Shown piece by piece: positions 28,806-38,510 of a stretch of DNA of 64,000 bases; positions within the stretch are counted from its first letter, which is position 1, and every line of letters begins with the position of its first letter. This DNA is from Planctomycetota bacterium (GTDB lineage Bacteria; Planctomycetota; UBA8108; SXIK01), in NCBI GenBank assembly GCA_965223845.1, contig CBDCXR010000004.1:4064001-4128000 (forward strand), given 5' to 3'. The position numbers and the translations under genes were made by a program. The notes under the pieces were generated by a model, which saw nothing but the letters and a program-made list of their open reading frames with translations, had not been told where the DNA came from and did not search any database.

Positions 28806-30798
28806 AGCGGGAATGATGCGGTGCTCGACGCTCGTTGCGCTCGTCGCCGGCCTCGTCGCGACCGCCGGTCCGCTCAGCGCGGAGAAGGACGACGCGGCAG
28901 ATTCGCTCGCAATCCTCGGCGAATCCGGCGCCGATGCCCTTCACTCTTTCCTGATGCGCACGATGCGCGAGCAGTACGACGCGCGCCGTGCAGCGCTCGC
29001 GCGCGCCGTACGCTCGCCGGCCGACGCGCTCGCGCGGCGCGATGCCCTGCTCGCAGAGTTTCGCGAGCTCCTCGGCCCGTTCCCACCGCGGACGCCGCTC
29101 CAGCCGCGCACCACGGGAACAATCGAGTGCGATGGCTATCGAATCGAGAAGATCATCTACGAAAGCCGTCCTGGTCACCGCGTTACCGCGAACCTGTACG
29201 TTCCGACCACCTCGCGCGGCCCCTTCCCCGGTGTCCTCGTCCCCTGCGGGCACAGCACGAACGGAAAAGCCGAGCGAGCGTACCAAAGTGCTTGCGTCCT
29301 CCTCGCGAAGAATGAGATCGTCGCTCTCATCTACGACCCGATCAGCCAAGGAGAACGCCACCAGCTCCTCGATTCTCCTCGTCACGGGACGACGACACAC
29401 TCGCTGCTCGGAATCGGTGCGCTCCTCGTCGGACTCAACACCGGCCACTACCGTACGTGGGATGGCATTCGGAGCCTCGACTACCTCGCGAGCCGCCCCG
29501 AGGTCGACTCGCGGCGACTCGGCTGCACGGGGAACTCGGGCGGCGGGACGATGACGACCTGGCTGATGGCGGTCGACCCTCGGATCGCCGCAGCGGCGCC
29601 CTCCTGTTTCATCACGTCGATCGAGCGTGTCTTCGCTACGCTCGGCTCCCAGGACTGCGAGCAACTCTTTCCCCGTCTCGGGTTGCTCGGGATCGAGCAC
29701 AGCGACTTTCTGATGATGCGCGCGCCGCGCCCGACGCTCATCTGCGCGGCGGAGCGAGACTTCTTCGACATCCGCGGGACGCGCGAGGGATTCGTCGAGG
29801 CGAAGGCGTTTTACGGGACACTCGGAAGCGCGGGCAACGTCGATCTCTTCACGTTCGACGACAATCATGGATTCAGTCGCCCCCGACGCCAAGCTGCCGT
29901 CGCTTGGATGCGGCGATGGCTCGCGGATGATCTGCGTCCGGTACACGAGCCGACGCTCGATCTCCAGTCGGACGAAGCGCTCCAGGTCACGGAGACCGGA
30001 CAAGTGGCCGAGCGCGAAAGCGAAGTCACCGTTCAGTCGCTCAACCTCGCTCGCGCAAGGGCACTCGCCGACGAACGACGTCGATTCCTCGCGCGACCGC
30101 TCGCCGAGATTCGCGCGCGGATTCGCTCGCTTCTCGGGATCACGCGAAAGGCGCGGCCGAAGACGGACATCACGGGGCAGGGTTCGATCGATCGCGACGG
30201 AATTCGAATGGAGAAGCGGCTCGTCGACACGGGCGAAGTCCCGCTCCCGCTCGTTCGCATCCGGTCGCGCGACCACGCGCCGAAGACGACCGTCGTGTAC
30301 GTCGACGATCGCGGATTCGCGTACGCTGCGCGTCCCGGAGGAGAAATCGAATCGCTCGCGCGCGAGGGCGCCGACGTCTTCGCCGTCGATCTTCGCGGGT
30401 ACGGGGAGACCCGTGATCGTGGGAGCCCGCCCAAATACCACAACCCGGAATTCCGCACGGCGATGCTCGCGATGCACATCGGTCGTCCACTCTTCGGTCA
30501 GCGCGTCGAGGATCTGCTCGACGTCGTCGACCACGTGACGCGGGAGCATCGTGCTGAAGGAACGGTTCTCCACGTGATCGGTGCAGGCCATGCGGGCGCG
30601 ATCGCACTCCACGCGGCCGTCCTCGACGAACGCATCGAGCGGGTCAGCGCGCGAGAGTCGATCTCGTCCTGGATCGACGACGTCGTCGCTCGACCTCTCG
30701 CCCCAAATCTCATGGGCACCGTCGTCCCGGGCGCACTCGAGTTCTACGACCTCCCGGACCTCGTCGAACTCCTCGGCGAACGCATGAGCGCGGATTGA
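28798..30798 (+). CDS. Secreted acetylxylan esterase-like double alpha/beta hydrolase
   Basis: ANLYVP, CGHS, WDGIRSLDYL.SRPEVD, nucleophile elbow GNSGGG; second degenerate hydrolase domain. Confidence 0.85.
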   Translation: MSRAGMMRCSTLVALVAGLVATAGPLSAEKDDAADSLAILGESGADALHSFLMRTMREQYDARRAALARAVRSPADALARRDALLAEFRELLGPFPPRTPLQPRTTGTIECDGYRIEKIIYESRPGHRVTANLYVPTTSRGPFPGVLVPCGHSTNGKAERAYQSACVLLAKNEIVALIYDPISQGERHQLLDSPRHGTTTHSLLGIGALLVGLNTGHYRTWDGIRSLDYLASRPEVDSRRLGCTGNSGGGTMTTWLMAVDPRIAAAAPSCFITSIERVFATLGSQDCEQLFPRLGLLGIEHSDFLMMRAPRPTLICAAERDFFDIRGTREGFVEAKAFYGTLGSAGNVDLFTFDDNHGFSRPRRQAAVAWMRRWLADDLRPVHEPTLDLQSDEALQVTETGQVAERESEVTVQSLNLARARALADERRRFLARPLAEIRARIRSLLGITRKARPKTDITGQGSIDRDGIRMEKRLVDTGEVPLPLVRIRSRDHAPKTTVVYVDDRGFAYAARPGGEIESLAREGADVFAVDLRGYGETRDRGSPPKYHNPEFRTAMLAMHIGRPLFGQRVEDLLDVVDHVTREHRAEGTVLHVIGAGHAGAIALHAAVLDERIERVSARESISSWIDDVVARPLAPNLMGTVVPGALEFYDLPDLVELLGERMSAD

Positions 30799-30929
30799 TC
30801 GAGCTCGCCGCCCTCGGAAAAGGCCGTGCCCTCGCCGAGCACGGCGCATAAAATCGCCGTGCGCACCGCAGCGAGCGATTCCGGATCGCGGCGGTCTCGA
30901 TGCGCGTCCGTACCAGTAGGAGGCCAAAC

Positions 30930-32852
30930 ATGTCGCGTTCGAGCGTCCTGCTCTCGCTCTTCGTCGTCGCGGCAGTCGTTCCCGCCCGTGCGGTCGCGCA
31001 CGAGACGATCGACTTTCGGGAAATTCAACCGATCATCGTCAAAAACTGCGGCGGCTCCGGCTGTCACCTCGGACAAGAGACGAGCGGAGTCGAGCTCACT
31101 TCCTACGAGACGATGATGGCGAGCGTCGGTGCTCAGTACCGCGGTCCCATCATCATCGCCGGCGACGCCGACGCGAGTCCACTCATCGACAAGGTGAGCA
31201 ACAGCTCGCCTCAGCACGGCAGCCGGATGCCTCTCGGCGGAACTCGGCTCCGATCGAGCGAGATCGAAGAGCTGCGCGAATGGATCGATGCCGGGGCCCG
31301 CAGTCGACATTTTCGCCAGCGGGGTGATCTCGACGGCGACGACGCTCGGACGATCACCGATGCGTTCCGCATCATCAATTTTCTCTTCGGAACCGGAGAG
31401 GCTCCCGATTGCTTCCCCCCGTCGGACGTCAACTCCGACGGTGCGCTCAACATCGCCGACGTTCTTTTTCTCCTCAATTTTCTCTTCGGAAGCGGCGGTA
31501 CTCCCACCGAACTGACGAGCGAGGAGAACGAGGAGTGTGAAGATGCGACCGAGCTGTCGTACGACAGCATCTACGAGAAAGTGATTCAGACGTCGTGCGG
31601 GTTCAGCTCATGTCACGACGCCGAGCGCCCCAAGGGCGAACTCGATCTCTCGAGCGCGGATGCCGCGTTTGCGAGCCTCGTTGGAGTTGAGGCCGCGAAT
31701 GACGTCGCGCGAGACGCAGGCATGCTCCGCGTCGATCCCGGCCGGCCCGAAAACAGCTTCCTCCTCAAGAAGCTCACGGAGCCAGGCGAAGGCGAAGGGA
31801 ATCGAATGCCGGCGAACTCGCCGCTGCCGCTCCCCGAAACGACGCTCGCCGCGATCCGCGAGTGGATCCTCGCCGGCGCGCCGCGCGAAGGAACGATCGA
31901 AGGCGTTCCGGACATCCGGGACGACGCGCCTCCGCCCGTCGAGCGACTGTCTCAGCCACCCGTGCCCGAGAACGGCGTCCAGCTCCACCTCCCGCCCTAC
32001 GTCGTCGGCGCGGGTCGCGAGCGACAGCTCCACTACTTCGTGGGCGCACCGTTTGCCGATCTCGGGCTCGAGGAGGTCTGGGTGAAGCGGATAGACGTGC
32101 ACATGCTCGAGCAGAGTCACCATTTCATTCTCTACGAGTGGGTCGCAGGGGCGAATCCGCCGCCCGGGACTCGCGAAGGATCGTTCACCGATCCGGACGA
32201 GCTTCGTCTCGTGCTCGTCTCACAGCAGTCGTTTTTCAGCCAGACGTTTCCCGATGGGGCGAGCATTCGTTTCACGAAGGACACGCGCTTCGATCTCAAT
32301 TCGCATTACATCAACTTGAACGGCGAGGAGACTCTGCTCGGCGAGGTCTACGTCAACATTTTCTTCGCCGATCCCGACGAAGTGCGCTCGGAGGTGAAGC
32401 CGATCTTCGATTTCGGAGGCACGATTTTCGTTCCACCCAATCAGACGACGACGGCGCGGGGAACGTTCCCGACGATGCAGCGCACGCGGCAGCTCGATCC
32501 GTCGATCGCCAACCAGAACGGCGAGGTTGCGGAGGAGACGCACATCCTGGCTCTCACTTCGCACATGCACCGCCACGGCGATCGCTTCGAGGTCTGGGTC
32601 CACCGTGACGGGGAGAACCTTGCGAAGGTGTACGACAACGACAGTTGGGACGATCCGCTCTACAAAGAGTTCGACCCACCACTCGTTCTCGAACCGGGCG
32701 ATGGCCTTCGGTACGTCGCGACGTACACGTATGACGATCCGCCGAGCCCGACGGCGCCGGCGCTGCGCTGGGGTCCGACCTCGGAAGATGAGATGATCAT
32801 CCTTCTCGGGTCCTACCGAATCCCGGGACAGGATCCCGGCGTCGGTAACTAA
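30930..32852 (+). CDS. Secreted fusion: two c-type cytochrome domains (CX4CH), dockerin-like domain and copper type II (PHM/DBH-like) monooxygenase domain
   Basis: CGGSGCH...RMP, GDLDGD..../SDVNSDG dockerin pair, CGFSSCH...RMP, then SHHFILY, NSHYIN, SHMH, DEM. Confidence 0.8.
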   Translation: MSRSSVLLSLFVVAAVVPARAVAHETIDFREIQPIIVKNCGGSGCHLGQETSGVELTSYETMMASVGAQYRGPIIIAGDADASPLIDKVSNSSPQHGSRMPLGGTRLRSSEIEELREWIDAGARSRHFRQRGDLDGDDARTITDAFRIINFLFGTGEAPDCFPPSDVNSDGALNIADVLFLLNFLFGSGGTPTELTSEENEECEDATELSYDSIYEKVIQTSCGFSSCHDAERPKGELDLSSADAAFASLVGVEAANDVARDAGMLRVDPGRPENSFLLKKLTEPGEGEGNRMPANSPLPLPETTLAAIREWILAGAPREGTIEGVPDIRDDAPPPVERLSQPPVPENGVQLHLPPYVVGAGRERQLHYFVGAPFADLGLEEVWVKRIDVHMLEQSHHFILYEWVAGANPPPGTREGSFTDPDELRLVLVSQQSFFSQTFPDGASIRFTKDTRFDLNSHYINLNGEETLLGEVYVNIFFADPDEVRSEVKPIFDFGGTIFVPPNQTTTARGTFPTMQRTRQLDPSIANQNGEVAEETHILALTSHMHRHGDRFEVWVHRDGENLAKVYDNDSWDDPLYKEFDPPLVLEPGDGLRYVATYTYDDPPSPTAPALRWGPTSEDEMIILLGSYRIPGQDPGVGN

Positions 32853-32857
32853 GCGCC

Positions 32858-34375
32858 GTGGTCCGACGAGCCGACGGGCGGAAGACTTTGAGTGTTTCCG
32901 TCCTCGTCCTAGCGATGCACGCCGTCGCGCCAGCGGTCGCGGCAGAGAGCCGCTGGGAGAAAGCGATCGCGACGTTCGAGGCCGCCGACCGAGAGAATCC
33001 GCCACCCGCCGGAGGGATCCTCTTCATCGGATCGTCGAGCATCCGCATGTGGAATCTCGACCGCTACTTCGCCGACTTCCCGGTGATCCATCGCGGCTTC
33101 GGCGGGTCGGAGATCTCCGACAGCATCGAGTTCGCGCCGCGGATCGTCCTCCCCTACCGGCCGCGGATCATCGTGCTCTACGCGGGAGACAATGATGTCG
33201 CGAAGGGAAAGAGCGCCGAGGTCGTCGCACGCGACTTCGACCGATTCGTCGGCGTCGTGCACGAGGAGCTACCGACGACGCGGATCGTCTTTATCGCGAT
33301 CAAGCCGAGCATCTCGCGATGGCGGCTCGTAGGAGAAATGCGTCGTGCGAACGAGCTCATTCGAACACGCGTCGAGAGCGACGATCGTCTCGCGTACGTC
33401 GACATCGATACGCCCATGATAGGAGACGATGGAAAGCCGCGCCCCGAGCTTTTCGTAAGCGACGGACTCCATCTGAGCACGAAGGGCTACGACCTCTGGG
33501 CGGCGCTCGTGTTGCCGCATCTTGAGCTCCCCGTCGAGCGTGGCCAGCTCCGCGTCGCGTCATGCCAGTTCCCCGTCTCTGCGAACGTCGCGGAGAATGC
33601 CGAATGGATCCGCCGCCAGACGCGCGATGCGGCCGCTCGCCACGCGCAGCTGGTGCACTTCTCGGAGTGTGCGCTCTCGGGGTACGCGGGAGTCGACCAC
33701 AAGACGCTGGAGGAGTTCGATTGGGATCTCCACGAGCGAGAGTTGGCGTCCATTCGTGCACTCGCGAAAGAGCTCGGAGTTTGGGTGGTCGTAGGCGCCG
33801 CGCACCGACTTGAGAAGCACAAGCCGCACAATTCGCTCTACGTGATCGACCCGAACAGCGCGATCGTCGACCGATACGACAAGCGCTTCTGTACAGGCGG
33901 TGATCTTCGGCACTATTCGCCCGGCGATCACTTCGTCACCTTCGATGTGAACGGAGTGAAGTGCGGACTTCTCATTTGCTACGACATTCGCTTCCCCGAA
34001 CTCTTTCGCCAGTACCACCTGCTCGGCGCGCAGCTCGTCCTTCACTCGTTCTACAATGCGCGCCAGAAGCCGGGAGCGATTCACCCGAAGATCATGCCGC
34101 CGACGGCTCAAGCGCGCGCGGCGACCAACTATCTCTTTCTCTCCGTCACGAACTCGAGCGCCCGCCATAGCTGGGAAAGCCTCTTCGTCACGCCCGACGG
34201 ACTCATCGCACGGCGCCTCCGGCGCGACGAGCCGGGCGTGATGGTGAATCTCGTCGACACTCGAAAGCGCTACTACGACGCGAGCCGTCCCTATCGCGAA
34301 GGCGCGATCCACGGGAAGCTGAACAGCGGTGAAGTCGTCGACGACGCGCGGTCGAAGGATCGCGCAGCCCCGTAG
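32858..34375 (+). CDS. SGNH/GDSL esterase fused to carbon-nitrogen hydrolase (nitrilase superfamily)
   Basis: GSSS, RGFGGS, YAGDND, DGLH; then FSE, YDK, ICYDIRFPE (E-K-C triad). Confidence 0.88.
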   Translation: MVRRADGRKTLSVSVLVLAMHAVAPAVAAESRWEKAIATFEAADRENPPPAGGILFIGSSSIRMWNLDRYFADFPVIHRGFGGSEISDSIEFAPRIVLPYRPRIIVLYAGDNDVAKGKSAEVVARDFDRFVGVVHEELPTTRIVFIAIKPSISRWRLVGEMRRANELIRTRVESDDRLAYVDIDTPMIGDDGKPRPELFVSDGLHLSTKGYDLWAALVLPHLELPVERGQLRVASCQFPVSANVAENAEWIRRQTRDAAARHAQLVHFSECALSGYAGVDHKTLEEFDWDLHERELASIRALAKELGVWVVVGAAHRLEKHKPHNSLYVIDPNSAIVDRYDKRFCTGGDLRHYSPGDHFVTFDVNGVKCGLLICYDIRFPELFRQYHLLGAQLVLHSFYNARQKPGAIHPKIMPPTAQARAATNYLFLSVTNSSARHSWESLFVTPDGLIARRLRRDEPGVMVNLVDTRKRYYDASRPYREGAIHGKLNSGEVVDDARSKDRAAP

Positions 34376-34461
34376 ACTTAGAGCGAGCGTCGGCGCGGCC
34401 GGCTGGTCCGGAGACCGTTGGTGTCGTCGGTGAGGAGGCAGGATCGGCGGATCGATCCGCG

Positions 34462-35892
34462 TCAGAGAAGCGGCGCGAACAGGCGCGCAAACGCGGACGC
34501 AAACCGCGACGACGCACTGCGCGCCGCGAGTGTTTCGGCGGTGATCTCGATCGATCGATCGACGACGGCGCGTAGGTTCGCGGTGATCGTCTCGACGTCC
34601 TCCGGCCGATCGAACACCGCCATCTGCTCGAAGTTGAGGTACATGCTGCGGTAGTCGAGGTTCGCGGAACCGAGCGCCGCCCATTCGCCGTCGATGCACA
34701 CCGCCTTGGCGTGCATCATTCCGGTTGTGAACGCGTGAATGTGGACGCCGGATTCGAGGAGTTCCTCGGCGTAGTAGCGACTGGCGAAATAGACCAGGTG
34801 GTTGTCCGGCGGCCATCCCTGCGTCGCGACGTGCACGTCAACTCCGCATCGCGCAGCGAGCGCGAGCGCTTGCCGAAGGGCGAAGTCGGGAACCAGATAG
34901 GGAGTCGCCACGAAGATGGAGCGGCGGGCGCGCGTGAGCGCGCCGAGGATCGTCTGTCGGATCGGATTCGGCTCGAGATCGGGTCCACCCGAGATGATCT
35001 GCACGGTCGCGTCACCGCGCCGCTCGACGGGAGGAAAGTACTGTTCCCCTTCGAGCGTCGACCCCGTCGCGACGCTCCAGTCCTCGACGAAGATCCGCTG
35101 AAGATCCCACACGGCGGGTCCTTCGAGTCGCGCGTGGAGATCGTACCATTCGCGCTCGTGCTGACCGAATCGTCCGAGATACTCCTCGCCGACGTTCATC
35201 CCTCCGAAAAACGCCACGCGGCCGTCGACGATCACGATCTTGCGGTGATTGCGGAGGTTCGGGCTCATGCGCCCCACCGTAAGAAGCGGAGTGAACGCGA
35301 CCGCCTCCCCACCACCGCGTCGGATGGCGCGAAGGAGATGTCGTGCGGCGAAGGATCCGAAGCCGTCGACGATGAGGCGTATCTCGACGCCGGCGTTCAC
35401 TCTGGCGATGAGTTGGTCGACGATCTGGCGGCCGAGGCGGTCGTTCCTCAGGATGTACGACTCGATGTGGATATGACTTTTCGCGGTCTCGATCACCCCC
35501 GTGACGTCGTCGATGAGCTCGCTCCCGGAGTGGAAGATCCGCGCCGCGTTTCCCGCGCGCCGCGGCCCTTCACCGAGATCGACGATCATTCGAGAGAGCG
35601 CCCCCCAGCGATCGTTCTCGCGCTCCTCGCAACCGAACTCGTGGAACTCGTTCGGCAGCGGCTCCTTCGTTTCGAACTCTTCGCGGCGCGCGATGCGAAG
35701 GCGCAGACGACGCGGGACCTGATTGATGCCGAACAAGACGAAGAACAGCGCGCCGACGATCGGAACGAAAACGATCGCGAGCGACCAGGCGAGGGCCGCC
35801 GAGGCCTCTCGCTTCCGGAGGAACACGAGCGCGAGGAGCCCCGCGATCAGCGCGAAGTAGAGCCAACCCGAGAGGGTCGCGATCCAGTCCAT
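34462..35892 (-). CDS. cls: Cardiolipin synthase
   Basis: Two N-terminal TMs, HKD motifs NHRKIVIVDG and MHAKAVCIDG, GSANLDYRS..LNFE. Confidence 0.93.
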   Translation of the reverse strand: MDWIATLSGWLYFALIAGLLALVFLRKREASAALAWSLAIVFVPIVGALFFVLFGINQVPRRLRLRIARREEFETKEPLPNEFHEFGCEERENDRWGALSRMIVDLGEGPRRAGNAARIFHSGSELIDDVTGVIETAKSHIHIESYILRNDRLGRQIVDQLIARVNAGVEIRLIVDGFGSFAARHLLRAIRRGGGEAVAFTPLLTVGRMSPNLRNHRKIVIVDGRVAFFGGMNVGEEYLGRFGQHEREWYDLHARLEGPAVWDLQRIFVEDWSVATGSTLEGEQYFPPVERRGDATVQIISGGPDLEPNPIRQTILGALTRARRSIFVATPYLVPDFALRQALALAARCGVDVHVATQGWPPDNHLVYFASRYYAEELLESGVHIHAFTTGMMHAKAVCIDGEWAALGSANLDYRSMYLNFEQMAVFDRPEDVETITANLRAVVDRSIEITAETLAARSASSRFASAFARLFAPLL

Positions 35893-35949
35893 TCCGTCAG
35901 TCTCGCCGCGTGTTCGTACGAGCCGGCTTCCATACGGTCGCAGCTCGCA

Positions 35950-36279
35950 TCAAGCGAGGAGATCGCTGATCGCGATGTCGGGCCGCGCAACGTAGCTGCC
36001 GTTCGCAAAGGACTCGAAGAGCACTCGCGCGAGCGGATGGACGACTTGCTCCATTCCGGCGTCGATCTCGAGGTTCTCCTCCGCGACGTAGGTCGTGTGC
36101 TCGGCCCCGTGAACCAGCACGTGATACCAAGTTTGATCGCGACGCGGCTGCGTCAGATTCGACACGTACCATTCCTCGGACGCGCGACACCCGTCATCGA
36201 ATCCGGCCACCGCGCCGCGATACCCGTAGCGGCGGTGAGAGACTAACTGTCCGATTTGATACTTCGCTTCCAAGGCCAT
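35950..36279 (-). CDS. hspQ: Heat shock protein HspQ (YccV-like)
   Basis: AKY.IGQLV.HR.YGYRG, WYHVLV, TYVAEENL. Confidence 0.92.
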   Translation of the reverse strand: MALEAKYQIGQLVSHRRYGYRGAVAGFDDGCRASEEWYVSNLTQPRRDQTWYHVLVHGAEHTTYVAEENLEIDAGMEQVVHPLARVLFESFANGSYVARPDIAISDLLA

Positions 36280-36301
36280 GGCCCGCCGGTGTGAGGGGGA
36301 G

Positions 36302-38290
36302 TCAATCCTTCGGCGTCAGATCCTTGACGCGGATGTTGCGAAATTCAACGCGGTGACCGTGCCCCAAGAATCCGAAGTAGCCTTCGGTGACCTTATGAAT
36401 GTCGTGGTGCGCCGCGAATCGCCGGGGCTCCGCGGCCTCGAGGCGGGCCATGATGGCTCCGATGTCGGCGTCAGCGATGACCTTGCCGTTCAGTGTGACC
36501 TTGACGCGATTCCCGCGCACTTCGATCTCCTCGTAGTTCCACTCGCCGAGCGGCCGCTGATAGCCGCGCTTCGCGGCCGCGAGATTGTACGGCGACCCGT
36601 GATACTGCCAGTTCGCGAGCCGCGCGTACATCGGCGCAGTGTTGTCGAGGACTTGGAGCTCCATGCCCCAGTAGGCGCCGTCGAACGTCTTCTCCGGATT
36701 CACTTCCGGCTCGTAGCGCGCACGGATCCCGACCCCGTTGTTTCCGCCCGACTCCAGTTTGAATTCGAAGCGGGCGATGAAATCACCGAACTTCCGCGCG
36801 GCGTAGAGGTTCCCTCCGCCTCGTTTGCGGCAAACGAGCTTGCCGTTCTCGGCGATGTATCCACCCTCGACCGCACGCCGGGGACCGATCCAGCCGGTCA
36901 GATCCTTCCCGTTGAAGAGGCTCACGAAGCCGTCGGCGTCGTCGTTTCGCGGCGGCTCGAGAGAGAAGGCCGGATTTCTCCCGAGAGGACGAACGTAGAG
37001 GTCTCGCAGCTCAACCTCGGAGTCGCGGCCGTTCCCACGACCGAGCTCGATGCCGATCGCGCCCTTCGCGAATCCTCCCGGCCGAAACGCCGAGAGGGTC
37101 TGCGTGCCGTTTCGCCACATCTGGAGAGTCTCGCCTCGCACGATCACGTAGTAGTGATTCCACCCGCCCGGTTTGACGAAAGCGTTCACTCGCTCAGGCG
37201 AGATGGCCAGGACCGCTCCATCGCGACCTTCGCTCCGTAGGCGACTCCCCCACATCCGTTCGCCCACGTCGAGCCGCCAGCCCGGAACATCGTCGAAGCT
37301 CGCCGGCTTCGACCGAACGCAGAGGCTAGACTTGACCTCCGCCCCGGAGTTTCTTACGAGCGCGTGGAGTTCAAAGTCGCCGAACTCCCGTTCGGTGTAC
37401 GCGACGCACTGGCGATCGCCCTCCTTCGCTCGGCCGGTGAGCACACCTTCGTCGATCGACCAGTGTGCACGCTCGAACTTCCATCCCGGGAGTCCGTTCG
37501 CCTCGACGAGCGGAATCCAATCGTCGCCGACAGGATTGCCGTAGCGATCGCGGACGCCGGATTCCGGCGGACGCCGAGGCAGCTCCCGCAGGAACACGTT
37601 CCGAAATCGGAGCTCGCCCCCGTGCGTTTGGAGCTGAATCGGCCCCGACGGATAAAGCGGTACGCTCCGATCCCAATAGTTCTCGAGCGGCACCTCGTTC
37701 ACGACGAGTTGATCGTTCAGCCAGACGGTCGTCGTGTTCCCAACGAGACGGATGCGAAACGTATTCCACTCCCCGGCCGGCCGATCGGCGCAGACGAGAG
37801 GCACGCTCGGGTTCTTTTGATTGTTGTAGAGACCCCCGGATCCCACCTTCGCCGCCGGAATCCCGTTCACCGGGTCCCAGATCTGCACCTGCGGCGTCGC
37901 GCGGAGATAGATCCCGCTGTCGGCGGCGGCCGCGATCTTCCAATCCATGACGAGATCGAAATCGGCGTACTCTCGAGCCGTCGAGAGGTAAGGCCCCGCG
38001 CCGTTACAGACGAGCTCCCCGTCTTCGACTCGCCAATGCTCGAGGAGCTTCTTGTCGGCGGCGACTTGCTGCGCGGCCCGCTCGTCCGGCGAGAGTGCGA
38101 GATACTTGCGCGGATTTCCGAGGCCGGCGTTCCAACCCGAGAGGTCACGCCCGTTAAACAACGCGTGAAACCCGTCGGGGGGAACGTTGTTCGCGTGTTC
38201 GTCAGCGGCGTTCAATCGCGAGCTCGCGATGCCGCTAGCAAGGCATGAAAATCCGACCAGGAGAACGTGGTGTGTAGCTCTGAAGTGCAT
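36302..38290 (-). CDS. Secreted protein with three DUF1080 (3-keto-disaccharide hydrolase) domains
   Basis: LFNG.DL.GW, DSGIYLR, GEWN, IQLQTH...FRN pattern; middle copy degenerate; signal peptide. Confidence 0.9.
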   Translation of the reverse strand: MHFRATHHVLLVGFSCLASGIASSRLNAADEHANNVPPDGFHALFNGRDLSGWNAGLGNPRKYLALSPDERAAQQVAADKKLLEHWRVEDGELVCNGAGPYLSTAREYADFDLVMDWKIAAAADSGIYLRATPQVQIWDPVNGIPAAKVGSGGLYNNQKNPSVPLVCADRPAGEWNTFRIRLVGNTTTVWLNDQLVVNEVPLENYWDRSVPLYPSGPIQLQTHGGELRFRNVFLRELPRRPPESGVRDRYGNPVGDDWIPLVEANGLPGWKFERAHWSIDEGVLTGRAKEGDRQCVAYTEREFGDFELHALVRNSGAEVKSSLCVRSKPASFDDVPGWRLDVGERMWGSRLRSEGRDGAVLAISPERVNAFVKPGGWNHYYVIVRGETLQMWRNGTQTLSAFRPGGFAKGAIGIELGRGNGRDSEVELRDLYVRPLGRNPAFSLEPPRNDDADGFVSLFNGKDLTGWIGPRRAVEGGYIAENGKLVCRKRGGGNLYAARKFGDFIARFEFKLESGGNNGVGIRARYEPEVNPEKTFDGAYWGMELQVLDNTAPMYARLANWQYHGSPYNLAAAKRGYQRPLGEWNYEEIEVRGNRVKVTLNGKVIADADIGAIMARLEAAEPRRFAAHHDIHKVTEGYFGFLGHGHRVEFRNIRVKDLTPKD

Positions 38291-38510
38291 CTGGGCTCCG
38301 GGGAAAAAGCGAGGCGGGCGATCACGCGCAGTCGATGAGAAGGCACCGATCCCTAGTGCCGTTTCGGTCGCGGACACGACCGCGCTCGAGTCTCTCTGAG
38401 CTCAGAAACTCATGCAAGAGTTTTCGAGACGGGCTCGCGTTGGCTACGCTCTTTCCATCGCCGCGCCGGTCGATTAGCGTGGCGGCTCACTCGTCAGCCG
38501 GGAACGAAAC

